Shown: positions 19,332-29,780 of the stretch, piece by piece
Position numbering within the stretch: position 1 is the stretch's first letter
Layout: each line of letters starts with the position of its first letter
Assembly: GCA_963730485.1 (NCBI GenBank)
Contig: CAVSRY010000011.1
Span: forward strand, 47,059-111,058
DNA length: 64,000 nt
Source of the DNA: an uncultured Acidobacteriota bacterium
GTDB lineage: Bacteria > Acidobacteriota > Vicinamibacteria > Vicinamibacterales > SCN-69-37
Direction of reading: 5' to 3'
Position numbers and translations under genes: made by a program
The notes under the pieces: model-generated
Databases searched by the model: none
Told to the model about the DNA's origin: nothing
What the model saw: only the letters and a program-made list of their open reading frames with translations

Positions 19332-20043
19332 CAGGTCCGATCGCGAACGGCGCCCCTGAGAGGCACCACGAGCAGATGAATGATCAGCCGGGCCATCGCG
19401 GCGCTCGTGCGCCGCGCGGTCAATGAGGTCTGGCCGGCCGGCCGCTCCCGCATCGTGACCGGGATCTCCACCGCACGAAGCTGATTGCGGCTCAGGAACA
19501 ACCTGAGCTCGGGTTCCGGGATATCCCGACGGATGGTGCTCGGCAAGAACGGCCAGCGCCTGTGGGCCAAACGCCCAGAGGCCCGACGTCGGATCGGTCA
19601 CTCGCCCTCTCGTCAAGATGGTCAGGACCATTCCCAGACATCTTTGAACGACGCGCCGCCCGCGCGGTGTTGACGGCGATCGTCGAGCGTGCGTGAAGCG
19701 CGAGCCGATGACGACGTCTGCGCGGCGATTCGAGAAGCGGCTCGATGAGCGCGGGCAGCAGCCGCGCCGGGTGCTGGCCGTCGCCGTCAAGACGCACGAC
19801 AGCATCGAAGCCCCGCTGCTGTGCGTAGCGCAGGCCGACGCGTACGGCTGCGCCCGGTCCGAGTTGCTCCGGCAGACGGATCCAACGAACGCCGAGCGCC
19901 GGCAGCAGCGCCCGCGTCTCGTCGTCGGAGCCGTCATCGACGACGAGAATGTCGTGGGCCGGCGCGTCGCTGCGGATCTCGGCCACGAGACCCGGGAGAG
20001 TTGCGGCCTCGTTGAACGCGGGAATCAGGATCAGGACGCGCAC
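19331..20043 (-). pseudogene. glycosyltransferase family 2 (polyprenol-phosphate sugar transferase-like), frame-disrupted
   Basis: VLILIPAFNEAATL, VVDDGSDDET, DGDGQHP. Shifts near 19730 and 19560. Confidence 0.7.
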
Positions 20044-20058
20044 AGCTGGTGGATGGAT

Positions 20059-21197
20059 CTAGAGCGAGCGTGGGCGCATGCTGTGGACCGGTCGGGACCG
20101 GACGCCGAAGAGTCGCGCGCGCGCTCCACGCCGTCATGGCGGCAACCCACGCGAGGTTGCGCACCGCGTGCACGGGCACGAAGCACAGGCCCGCCGGATC
20201 GCGAAACAGGACGGCGGCCCACAGGCCGGCCGCGAACCGTTCGGCGATGAGTACCGCAGCCAGCGCGAGCGCCACGCTCGCGGGGACCACCCATGGCGTG
20301 CCCGCAACGGCGGCGGCGACCGCGATCGCGCCCGCGGCGACGGCAAGGGCCGTCACTGGCCCCTGCAGCATCATCGAGAGGCCCGACACATTGTCACCCG
20401 CGACGCGCTGCGGGTGCCTGCCAGCAGGTTGAGGCGGCCGTATCCAAACCCGTATTGCTGCCGCGCGTAGTCGACGACGCCCTCGCGCCAGTGGTGAACG
20501 CTCTCCGCGTCGTGGCAATACGCCAGTCGATATCCAGCGCCGACCAGGCGATAGCTGAGGTCGTTGTCGTAGCCGTAGCCGAGACCTTCGTCGAACAGCC
20601 CGACTTCGAGGAGCGCCGATCGCCTGTAGACACTGTTGCCTGTGCACACGTGATTCGTCGTGGACGCGAGACGCCGGTAGCGGAGCGCGAGATCCAGCGC
20701 CATCACGCGCGACCAGATGTCCTGAGGGGTCTGTCCCCGCTCACGAAGTGGGACTGATCGCCCGTCGAAGTGGGTGACCTGAGGGTCTGTCCCTGCTTAC
20801 GAAGTGGGACTGACCCCTCGTGGTCTGCCTCCGCACCTGGAACGTACCGACCCTGCGCGGCCGCGACCTGCGGGTCATCGAACTCCTGACCAACCGCTCG
20901 AGCCAAGTTGGTGAGAGCACGACGTCCTGATCGACTTGGGCGATCAGCGGATACGCGGCGGCGCGCACGCCCCGGTTGATGGCTGCGGCGGCTCCGCGCC
21001 GTCCCCATTGAGCACTCGCATGTGGCCGAGCGACTGGTGGCGCGAAAGGATGGCGGCCGAGTCATCGGTGCTGCCATCGTCGATCGCGATGATCTCGATC
21101 GGGCCCGGACCATGTCTGGCGCGCGAACCGCCGTCAGCACGCTGTCGAGCCAGCGCCCGCCGTTTCGGACCGGAATGACAAAACTGACGCCCATCAT
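20059..21197 (-). pseudogene. glycosyltransferase family 2 with C-terminal TM region, interrupted by a tandem palindromic element
   Basis: VSFVIPVRNGGRWL, then (other frame) IIAIDDGSTDDS, then VMALDLALRYRR..YDNDLSYRL, then TM segments. The element at 20721-20822 sits between the GRYVP and VMALD segments. Confidence 0.6.
20721..20822. repeat. two tandem copies of a ~48-nt REP/MITE-like palindromic element
   Basis: cctgaggggtctgtccccgctcacgaagtgggactgatcgcc and cctgagggtctgtccctgcttacgaagtgggactgacccctcgtgg. Same family as 33844-33938 in the opposite orientation. Confidence 0.8.
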
Positions 21198-21246
21198 TTC
21201 GTCAGGCCGCCATGATACCCGCGTTAGCTCCGGGGCCTATCTATCC

Positions 21247-22331
21247 TTATCGGGCCTGAGTGACAGTCTGATACACCGCTTCGAGCTGCTCGATCAGCGG
21301 CGCCCACTGGCATTCGCGTTCAACTCTGAGGCGAGCCTGTCGTCCAAGCTGTTCGCGACGCTCGGGGAGTTCAGGAGATCGCGCAAGGCAGCCTCGAGAG
21401 CCGCGGCGTCGCCGGTGGGCACGACGAGGCCAGTCGTCCCATGAATCACATTCGTGCGTACGCCTGGCAGGTCCGGGACGATGCTCGGGACGCCCGTCGC
21501 TGCCGCCTCGAGCGTCACCAGACCGAACGCCTCGGCACGGCTCGTTGACGGCAGCACGTGGACGTCGGCCAGACGATAGTAGCGGGGCAGCAGTTCGTCG
21601 CTGACGTCACCGACAAAGATGGTTCGAAGGCGAGGCCGCGGTCTGCGGCTTCGCGCTCGAATCTGGCGCGATCATCTCCGTCACCGACCACCACCAGATG
21701 CCAGGAGAGATGCAGCAGCCTGGTCAGCGCCGTGAAGAGCAGGTCGAGGCCCTTGAATCGATGTGCGGCATCGAGACTTCCGACGAACAGAATCACCGGC
21801 GAAAGCCCGTCGATGTTCAGGGACGTGCGCAGTGCAGGCTCAGCTCCGGGATGGAAGCGATCGAGATCGACACCGAACGGACAGACGTGGACCTGGTCGA
21901 GCGCACCTTCGACGCGCGCGAGCGCCGACGCGGCCGCGTAGTCGCGCGAACTGACCAGCAGTTTGTCGGCGTGCGAGAGGATCCACGGCTGGACGGTCTC
22001 CCGGTGCACATCAAAGACCGTGCCCTTCAAGCCGGAGGCCGTCGCGTCCATGTGGTACGTGACGACGAGGGCGCGGATCTGACCAGACGACCTGGCGTGG
22101 GCGACGGGCTCGGCGCCGCCGTAGAACGGGTAGTGGAGGTGGACGATGTCGAAGCCGGCGAGTGTCGAAGGGAGCGACGGAGAAGCCCAGCGTTTCCGAC
22201 GCGGAGCTGCGCGGTGAGCAGACTTCGACGTCATGCCCGCGCGCGCGCAGCCGCTCGGTATATTCGAACGCGACACGCGCCATGCCTCCGCGATAGGGAG
22301 GGTAGACGGGCGTGACTTGGGCGATGCGCAT
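21247..22331 (-). pseudogene. glycosyltransferase family 4 (GT-B), frame-disrupted
   Basis: MRIAQVTPVYPPYRGGMA, DIVHLHYP, STSRAEAFGLVTLEAAATGVPSIV. At least 4 shifts. Confidence 0.7.
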
Positions 22332-22472
22332 CGGACGGCGGCAAGCCTACACGCCGTAGTAGGGCAGGTCACGGCGCCGCGCGAGCGGCCCTCGGTTCCG
22401 ATCGCCTACTCGACTGAGTACGCACCGGGTTCCACGATTTCCCGTCGCCGCGCGACGCACTAGAGTAAGCCA

Positions 22473-23371
22473 ATGCGCCTCGGGGCCGTTGTTCTGAACT
22501 ACGGAACACCCGCGACCACCATTTCTGCAGTCCGATCTATCCAGGCCTACGCGTCGCCTGGCCAGGTCATCGTTGTCGACAACGCGTCCCGCGACGACTC
22601 CGTGGAACGTCTTCGAGCGGAACTTCAGAACGTGACAGTGGTGGTCTCGCCCAGCAACTAGGGTTCTCCGCCGGCTACAACATTGGGATTCGGGAGGCGG
22701 TCGGACGCGGCGCGGAGCGCGTGCTCATGCTCAACAGTGATGCCGTGTTGACAGGAGACACGATCGATTTGCTCGATCGTGGCCCTTGCAGGCGATGTCG
22801 CAATCGCTGGTCCTCTGATCGTCGGCAGGGGCCGTCAGGCCGAATCGAATCAGCTGGCGTGAACTATGCGGTGTCGACCGGCCGGATGCACCATCGCCTG
22901 CACGGCATTTCCAGCTCCAATGTGGTTGTTCCGGATCTCGCTGAAGTCGACGCGGTCAGCGGCTGCGCAGTGTTGGTGCGACGAGAGGTCTTCGAAACCG
23001 TCGGCCTCCTTGCCGAGGAGTTCTTCTACGGGTTCGAAGACATCGAATTTTGTCTTCGCGCGCGCCGTGCGGGATTCCGAACTGTCTGCATCGGGCGGGC
23101 CGTCGTGGAGCATCAAGGCGCCGCGTCCATCGGTCAGTCCTCGCCGAGACGTCTGTACTTCGGCGTCCGCAACCACTTGCTCCTGGCGACCCGCGTTGGC
23201 CCGCAGGCCTGGCCCATCCGGTTCGCTCGCGCAGCGAACATCGTCGGTCTCAACGTGGCGCATGCGCTCGTTCGATCGCGCACACCCATCGCGCCAGGCC
23301 TCGCCGCAATCGGCAGAGGCGTCCGGGATCACTTGAAGGGGAGATACGGTTCGGACGTGAGCGAGCGCTAG
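22473..23371 (+). pseudogene. glycosyltransferase family 2 (rhamnosyltransferase-like), frame-disrupted
   Basis: VVLNYGTPATT, VVDNASRDDS, GFSAGYNIG, FFYGFEDIEFCLR. Breaks near 22655 (aactaggg, where one more c gives NLGF), 22785 and 22835. Confidence 0.7.
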
Positions 23372-23440
23372 CGAGCCCGCGCGAGCGGGACGGGGAGCGC
23401 GAGTAGCGCGTAGGGGGACAGCGGGGCGAAGCCCTCCGGA

Positions 23441-24133
23441 TTATTCGACGAATCGGTAGCCCAGGCCGACGACCGTTTCGATCTGCGGGCCGACACTGCC
23501 GAGCTTCGAGCGCAGACGGCCGACGTGCACGTCCACGGACCGCGTTTCCACGAAGCGGTCGTATCCCCAGACGCGTTCGAGAAGCCGGTCGCGCGACAGG
23601 ACCCGGTTGCGGTTCTCGACCAGGCAGCGGAGCAGCTCGAATTCGCGTCGGGTCAGCCGGATGGGCTGGCCCTCGACCGTCACCATGACCGCGTCGAAGT
23701 CGGCGACGAGTTGCTTGCCTCGGTAGATGGACAGTCCGCCTGGCTTGGCCGTGGACTTCCGGCGGAGGACCGCGCGCACGCGTGCCGCGAGCTCGCGCAG
23801 GCTGAACGGCTTCGTCACGTAGTCGTCGGCGCCCAGATCCAGGCCCGACACGCGGTCGGATTCGCCGGTGCGCGCCGTCAACATGATGATCGGAAGCGTC
23901 GCCGTCGCCGGACGCGCCCGGACCAGGCGGCAGACCTCCGTGCCGTCGATTGAAGGGAGGTTGAGGTCGAGGATGACGAGATCGGGCTGCGAGTCGGTGA
24001 TCGACTTCACCGCGGCGTCCCCGCTCGTCACGATGTCCACCCGGGCCTCGCCCGAGCGTTCGAACGTGTGTTTGATGAGGTCGGCGATGTCGACCTCGTC
24101 TTCGACCACCAGAATCCGCGTTGGCGCTGCCAT
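23441..24133 (-). CDS. OmpR/PhoB-family response regulator
   Basis: Uninterrupted 230-aa ORF. Receiver domain (ILVVEDE..DLVILDLNLP..TAR) plus winged-helix domain (LTRREFELL..VDVHVGRLRSKL..GYRF). Confidence 0.9.
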   Translation of the reverse strand: MAAPTRILVVEDEVDIADLIKHTFERSGEARVDIVTSGDAAVKSITDSQPDLVILDLNLPSIDGTEVCRLVRARPATATLPIIMLTARTGESDRVSGLDLGADDYVTKPFSLRELAARVRAVLRRKSTAKPGGLSIYRGKQLVADFDAVMVTVEGQPIRLTRREFELLRCLVENRNRVLSRDRLLERVWGYDRFVETRSVDVHVGRLRSKLGSVGPQIETVVGLGYRFVE

Positions 24134-24183
24134 GTGACAGTCGTCACACTACGGCACCCAGGTTTCCCGCCCGTGACGCGGCC

Positions 24184-24230
24184 GTTAAATGTCGGTTACG
24201 GGCCGTTTGTTACATTGACGTTACAATGAC
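24184..24230. promoter_or_regulatory. GTTAM direct repeats at 11-bp phasing (Pho-box-like) between the response regulator and DUF47-pit
   Basis: GTTAA at 24184, GTTAC at 24195, 24209 and 24220. GTTACATTGAC/GTTACAATGAC is a tandem 11-mer. Confidence 0.4.
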
Positions 24231-24252
24231 GCCCGGCTGGGGAGGCCGGGCC

Positions 24253-24870
24253 GTGCGCTTCAATCTGTTTCCGAAAGACGAGCAGTTCTTCGACCTCTAC
24301 GGCAAGATGGCGGCCGAAATTCAGGCCGCCTCGTTGCTCCTCGAGCAGCTGCTGGCCACCGATCCGCCGGATATGGCCAAGGTCGAACCCATCCGGGATG
24401 CCGAGCATCGCTGCGACGCGCTGACCCACGACGCGATTCAGCGCCTCCACCGCACGTTCATCACGCCGTTCGATCGCGAGGACCTCTACGCCCTCGCGAC
24501 GACGCTCGACACGGTGATGGACGCGATCGATCACACCGCGTCGCTCGTCCGCTTGTACAAGATTCAGGTCGTGCGCCCCGGCGCCCGCGAGCTCGGTCGC
24601 ACGGTCTCAGCGTCGGCGGAACGGATGCGCATGGCCCTCGAAGCGCTCGCGACGAAGAAACCCGTCAACCCGCACGCCGTGGAAATCAACCGGCTCGAGA
24701 ACGAGGCGGATCGCGTGTATCAGGAAGCCGTCCGGACGCTCTTCGATACCGAGACCGACGCCATCGTGATCATCAAGTGGAAAGAAGTCTATGACAACCT
24801 CGAGCGCATCACCGACTGCTGCGAAGACGTCGCGAACGTCATCGAAGGCGTCGTCGTCAAGCACGGGTGA
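24253..24870 (+). CDS. DUF47 / PhoU-like Pit accessory protein
   Basis: GTG start after ggggagg. FNLFPKDEQFFDLY...ENEADRVY...WKEVYDNLERITDCCEDVAN, immediately upstream of pit. Confidence 0.8.
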   Translation: MRFNLFPKDEQFFDLYGKMAAEIQAASLLLEQLLATDPPDMAKVEPIRDAEHRCDALTHDAIQRLHRTFITPFDREDLYALATTLDTVMDAIDHTASLVRLYKIQVVRPGARELGRTVSASAERMRMALEALATKKPVNPHAVEINRLENEADRVYQEAVRTLFDTETDAIVIIKWKEVYDNLERITDCCEDVANVIEGVVVKHG

Positions 24871-24876
24871 TTCGCG

Positions 24877-25860
24877 TTGAGCCTGTTGTTCAGCACCATC
24901 GGCCTCATCATCGTCGTCGCGCTCGTATTCGACTACATCAACGGCTTCCACGACGCCGCGAACTCCATCGCGACCGTCGTCTCGACGCGCGTGCTGTCAC
25001 CGGGCCTGGCGGTGCTCTGGGCCGCCTTCTTCAACTTCGCGGCGGCCGCGGTCATGGGCACGGCCGTCGCGACGACGGTCGGCCGCGGCATGGTGGACCT
25101 GTCGGTCGTCACCTACGCGGTCATTCTGTCCGGACTCATCGGTGCGATCGTCTGGAACCTGATCACGTGGTACTTCGGCCTGCCGACGAGCTCATCGCAC
25201 GCGTTGTTCGGCGGCTATGGGGGCGCGGCCGTCACGAAGGCAGGGTTCGGTGCACTGATCATGTCCGGCTGGACGAAGGTGCTCATCTTCATCGTCGTGG
25301 CGCCGTTGATTGGGATGACCGTCGGCCTGCTCGTAATGACGGCCATCGGCTGGATTTTTTACCACTCCGCGCCGTCGCGGGTCGATCGCTGGTTCCGGCG
25401 TCTGCAGCTCGTGTCGGCCGCCGCGTACAGCCTGATGCACGGCGCCAACGACGCGCAGAAGACGATGGGCATCATCACGGGCGCCCTCGTGACCGGCGGC
25501 TACCTGACGACGTTCCACGTGCCGATCTGGGTCGAGATCATTTCGTACACGGCCATCAGTCTCGGCACGTTGAGCGGCGGCTGGCGCATCATCAAGACGA
25601 TGGGGTCGAAGATCACGAAGCTGCAGCCGGTCGGCGGCTTCGCCGCCGAAACGGGCGCGGCCGTCGCGATCTACACGGCCACCGCCCTCGGTGTGGGCAT
25701 CAGCACGACACACACGATCACGGGCGCGATTGTCGGCGTCGGCGCGACCCGACGATTGAGCGCGGTGCGCTGGGGCGTCGCGGGGCAGATCGTGTGGGCC
25801 TGGATCCTGACGATTCCGGCCTCGGCGACGATCGGCGCGCTCTCCTATTTCGTGATCAGC
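24877..25860 (+). CDS. pit: inorganic phosphate transporter, PiT family; the ORF as given reads on to 26043
   Basis: FDYINGFHDAANSIAT and HGANDAQKTMGII with many TM segments. The last ~60 codons of the ORF are antisense to rfbC and look non-native. Confidence 0.85.
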
Positions 25861-26412
25861 TTGATCGATGGACGCGTCGAGCTTCAGCTCGGCGAACGCC
25901 GGGTGATTCCGGTCCCGCTCCGAAATGATTGGCGTCGCCACCGGCCACTCGATGGCCAGATCCGGGTCGTCCCATCGCAGTCCGCGCTCGGACGTTGCGT
26001 CATAGACGTCCGAACACTGATATTCGAGCTCCGCGACGTCTGACAGCACGCAGAATCCGTGAGCGAAGCCAGCCGGGATGAAGAGCTGGCGGAAGTTGGC
26101 GGCGCTCACCGTCACGCCCACCCAGCGTCCGAACGTCGGCGACGCCGGCCGGACATCCACCGCCACGTCGAACACCTCGCCCACGACGACGCGAATCAGC
26201 TTGGCCTGGGCGTGCGGTGGATCCTGCCAGTGCAACCCACGCAACGTGCCTTTCACCGAACGCGAGTGGTTGGATTGCACGAACGTCACGTCGATTCCCG
26301 CCTGCCGGTAGCGGTCGGCGCGGTAGGCCTCGAGGAAGAAGCCGCGCGCATCGTGATGCACGACCGGCTCGATCTCCAGCACTTCCGGGAGTGCGGTCGG
26401 GATGACCTTCAC
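25860..26412 (-). CDS. rfbC: dTDP-4-dehydrorhamnose 3,5-epimerase; no stop at the expected end, ORF reads on to 25192
   Basis: [30 protein letters not shown]. Homology ends after about 182 aa. A one-base shift near 25860 would give a stop. Confidence 0.8.
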
Positions 26413-27296
26413 ACACCACTCCCGTCTGGCCCGGATTCAACCAGCCGAAGCAGGTACTGACCGTAGGAGTTCGAGCGCATCGGCATGGCGATCTCACGGA
26501 GCGCGTCCGCCGTGATGTACCCCATGCGGAACGCGATTTCCTCGACGCAGCAGATCATGAGCGCCTGGCGTTCCTCGATGGTCTCGACGAACTGCGACGC
26601 ACTGAGGAGCGATTCGTGCGTGCCGGTGTCGAGCCACGCGACGCCGCGACCCAGGCGCTCGACCGACAAGGCGCCGCGTCGCAGGTAGTCGCGATTGACG
26701 TCGGTGATCTCCAACTCGCCCCGCGGCGACGGTTTCAGGCGCGCGGCAATCTCCAGGACGTCGTTGTCGTAGAAGTACAGGCCCGTGACCGCGAAGGACG
26801 ACCGGGGCTGCGTGGGTTTCTCCTCGATGCTGATCGCGCGTCCGGCGTCGTCGAACTCCACCACGCCGTAGCGCTGCGGATCGCGCACGGGATAGCCGAA
26901 GACCGTGGCGCCCTGCGTGCGGCCGGCCGCCCGCCGCAGGACGTCCGTGAATCCCTGCCCGAAGAACAGGTTGTCGCCGAGGGCCAGCGCCACGCGGTCG
27001 GCGCCGACGAAATCCCGTCCGAGGATGAACGCCTGCGCGAGCCCATCGGGCGAGGGCTGCACGGTGTATGACAGCCGCAGCCCGATGTGACTGCCGTCCC
27101 CGAGCAGCCGCTTGAACGCCTCCACATCGTCGGGCGTCGTGATCAGCAGCACGTCGCGAATGCCCGCCAGCATCAGCGTGGCCAGCGGGTAATAGACCAT
27201 CGGCTTGTTGTAGATCGGGATCAGCTGCTTGCAGATGCCCCGCGTGACCGGGTACAGACGAGTGCCGCATCCGCCGGCGAGAATGATGCCCTTCAT
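26409..27296 (-). CDS. rfbA: glucose-1-phosphate thymidylyltransferase
   Basis: Uninterrupted 295-aa ORF starting [21 protein letters not shown]. Confidence 0.95.
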   Translation of the reverse strand: MKGIILAGGCGTRLYPVTRGICKQLIPIYNKPMVYYPLATLMLAGIRDVLLITTPDDVEAFKRLLGDGSHIGLRLSYTVQPSPDGLAQAFILGRDFVGADRVALALGDNLFFGQGFTDVLRRAAGRTQGATVFGYPVRDPQRYGVVEFDDAGRAISIEEKPTQPRSSFAVTGLYFYDNDVLEIAARLKPSPRGELEITDVNRDYLRRGALSVERLGRGVAWLDTGTHESLLSASQFVETIEERQALMICCVEEIAFRMGYITADALREIAMPMRSNSYGQYLLRLVESGPDGSGV

Positions 27297-29081
27297 AGAC
27301 GACGGCCTCGAGCCCTGAGCCCTAGGCCTTGGGCCTCCCGTCTGACCGGCAGACTCACCGTGAAGATGGCGCCGCCGCCCTCGCGGTTTGCCGCGGTGAC
27401 TGTACCACCGTGAAGTTCGACCAGATGCCTGACGATGGAGAGGCCCAGGCCCGTGCCGCCCGGATCGCGGGCGCGCGAACGATCGACCCGATAGAACCGC
27501 TCGAACACCCGGGCCAGGTCGGCGTCAGGGATTCCGGGTCCGCGGTCGGCCACCGTGATCGCGATCATGTCGCCTGACCGGCTGGACGTGACGTCAATCG
27601 TGCCGTCTTCGGGACTGTAGTTCGACGCGTTCTCCATCAGATTTCGCAGCACGTCGTGGAGCTTCGACGGATCGCCAGGCACCGTCTTCGCGCCCTCCGC
27701 CAGACGGACCTCGACGGTCTGCCGGCGTGCCTCGAGCGCGGCTTCCATGTCGCGCTCGACGCCGTCGATGAGTCCCTCGAGCCGGCATTCCGCGCGCGCG
27801 ATCGTCTCCTGGCCGGCATCGAGCCGCGCGAGTCGCAACAAGATCGCGCACGAGCCCTTCCATGCGAAGCGCGTGGCGCGAGATGATCGTCAGGAACTTC
27901 GCGGACTCCTCGGGCGTCGGCGGACTGTCCAGCAGGGCTTCGACCGAGCCGCGAATCGCGGTCAGCGGCGTTCGGAGCTCGTGTGAGACGTTGGCGACGA
28001 AGTCGCGACGAACCTGATCGGCGTGGCGCAACGCCGTGATGTTGTGAAGGACGAGCACCGCGCCGCCGCCCCGCGCGCGCGCGACGGGCACGACGTGCGC
28101 GACGAAAAACTTGCGGGCGTCGCGATCGAGCTGCACTTCCACCGGTGGCGGCGTCTGCCCGCCCAGCGCAGCCGCCAGTTGCGCGGCGATGTCCGGATGG
28201 CGGACGACTTCCAGATAGTGGCGATCCTCGGCGGGCTCCGGAAGACGGAGCATGGACCGCACCGCCGGATTGGTCAGCACCAGCCGTCCGGCGCTGTTGA
28301 CGAGCACGACGCCTTCCACCATCCCGGTCAGAATCGCCTCCATGTGCGCGCGTTCGCGCGCCATCTCGGTGAGCCGGGCGCCAAGCTGCCGCGCCGTGTC
28401 GTCGAGGACGTTCGCGACCGTGCCGATCTCGTCGCGCCCGTGGTCGCGTGCCGGCCGGCTGAAATCTCCAGCCTTGTAACGCTCGGCCGTGTCCACGACG
28501 GCGCGCAGCCGCCGGTTGACGACCACTGACCAGAGGCCGATCAGCGCCACGGCGGCGCCGAGACCTGCCAGAAGTCCGATGAGCGCGAGCCGCCGGACGC
28601 TGGCGACGCGCGCGTCGATCGCCGTGAGCGGCAGCGCCACGCGCACGAACGCGACCGGACCCGCACGGACCGCGACCGCCGCATATCGCGTGTCGATGCC
28701 GGTGGTCTGGCTCGACCTCGTCGCCAACCCCTCGCCCGACTGCCGCGCTTCGACAATCTCCTCGCGGGCGGCATGGTTCTCCACCGACGCGAGCGCTTCC
28801 AGGTCCACGTCGGAATCGCCCAGAACCTGTCCGCCGGCATCGATGAACGTCACTCTGCCGCCGATCAGCCGGCCGACCTCATCGGCCTCCTGATCGGGAT
28901 CCGGCAGCGTCTCCTGGTGCGACAGCAGCGCGGAGGCCAGGCGCGCCTGGTTGAGAAGCCCCGCATCGACGTCCTCGAGCATGAATCGGCGAAACGCCTG
29001 CTCGACCAGAATCGTCGAGACAGCGAGCGCGATGGAGGAGGCCAGCAGGGCGCCGACGAACGAGCGCGTCCGAAAGGTCAC
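27293..29081 (-). pseudogene. PhoR-like sensor histidine kinase (TM-HAMP-PAS-HisKA-HATPase), one frame break
   Basis: [42 protein letters not shown]. Join near 27850. The C-terminal tail [15 protein letters not shown] is repeat-derived. Confidence 0.85.
27304..27338. repeat. short heptad-type palindromic array inside the kinase 3' end
   Basis: ggcctcg|agccctg|agcccta|ggccttg|ggcctcc, roughly symmetric about CTAG. Confidence 0.55.
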
Positions 29082-29770
29082 GACGTGCTGGCAGGATCGT
29101 CCAGCTTGTAGCCGAACTGTTTGATCGTCGCGATGGCGTCAACGAGCCAGGGAATCTTCTCGCGCAGCCGGCGGACGTGCACGTCCACCGTGCGTGTGCC
29201 GCCGGTGTACTGGTAGCTCCAGACGTCGGCGAGCAGAAGATCGCGCGAGAGCACCCGCCCTCGATGTTCGATCAGATATTGCAGCAGCAGGAACTCTTTC
29301 GCCGTGAGCCGCACCTCCCGATCGTCGATCCGCACCTGGTGCCGTTCGAGATCCATGGTGACCGGGCCGTGACGAAGCACGCGCTCCTTGGGTTTCCCGC
29401 GGTCCAGTCGTCGTAACAGCGCGGTGACGCGTGCGACAAGCTCCTTCGGGCTGAACGGCTTGACGACGTAGTCGTCGGCGCCGAGCTCGAGGCCGCGGAT
29501 CCGATCGGCTTCTTCGCCCCTGGCCGTGAGCATGATGATGGGAATGGCCGCCGTCGTCGCATCCTGCCGCAGCGCCTGGCACACGAGCGAGCCGTCCATG
29601 CCGGGCAGCATCAAATCCAGCACGACGAGATCGGCCGGCGTCTCCCGCACGCGCGACATGACCTCCCGCCCGGTCGCGAGGTGATCGACCGTGTGTCCGG
29701 CGCGCTCGAGGTAATGCCGAATGAGATCGGCGATGTCCTGACTGTCTTCGACGACGAGCACTCGCGCCAC
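29078..29770 (-). CDS. OmpR/PhoB-family response regulator
   Basis: Uninterrupted 230-aa ORF (VLVVEDSQDIADLI..DLVVLDLMLPGMDG..LTAKEFLLL..VDVHVRRLREKI). 4-nt overlap with the kinase gene. Confidence 0.9.
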   Translation of the reverse strand: MARVLVVEDSQDIADLIRHYLERAGHTVDHLATGREVMSRVRETPADLVVLDLMLPGMDGSLVCQALRQDATTAAIPIIMLTARGEEADRIRGLELGADDYVVKPFSPKELVARVTALLRRLDRGKPKERVLRHGPVTMDLERHQVRIDDREVRLTAKEFLLLQYLIEHRGRVLSRDLLLADVWSYQYTGGTRTVDVHVRRLREKIPWLVDAIATIKQFGYKLDDPASTS

Positions 29771-29780
29771 GGGCGGAATC

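Noticed and set aside
25192-26043. Long tails of the convergent pit (to 26043) and rfbC (to 25192) ORFs overlapping each other by about 850 bp
   Set aside because: Homology to PiT ends near 25870 and to RfbC after about 182 aa near 25860. The tails are each other's antisense. A one-base shift gives stops for both near 25855, so the overlap is most likely a read-through artefact and not a real antisense-encoded domain.
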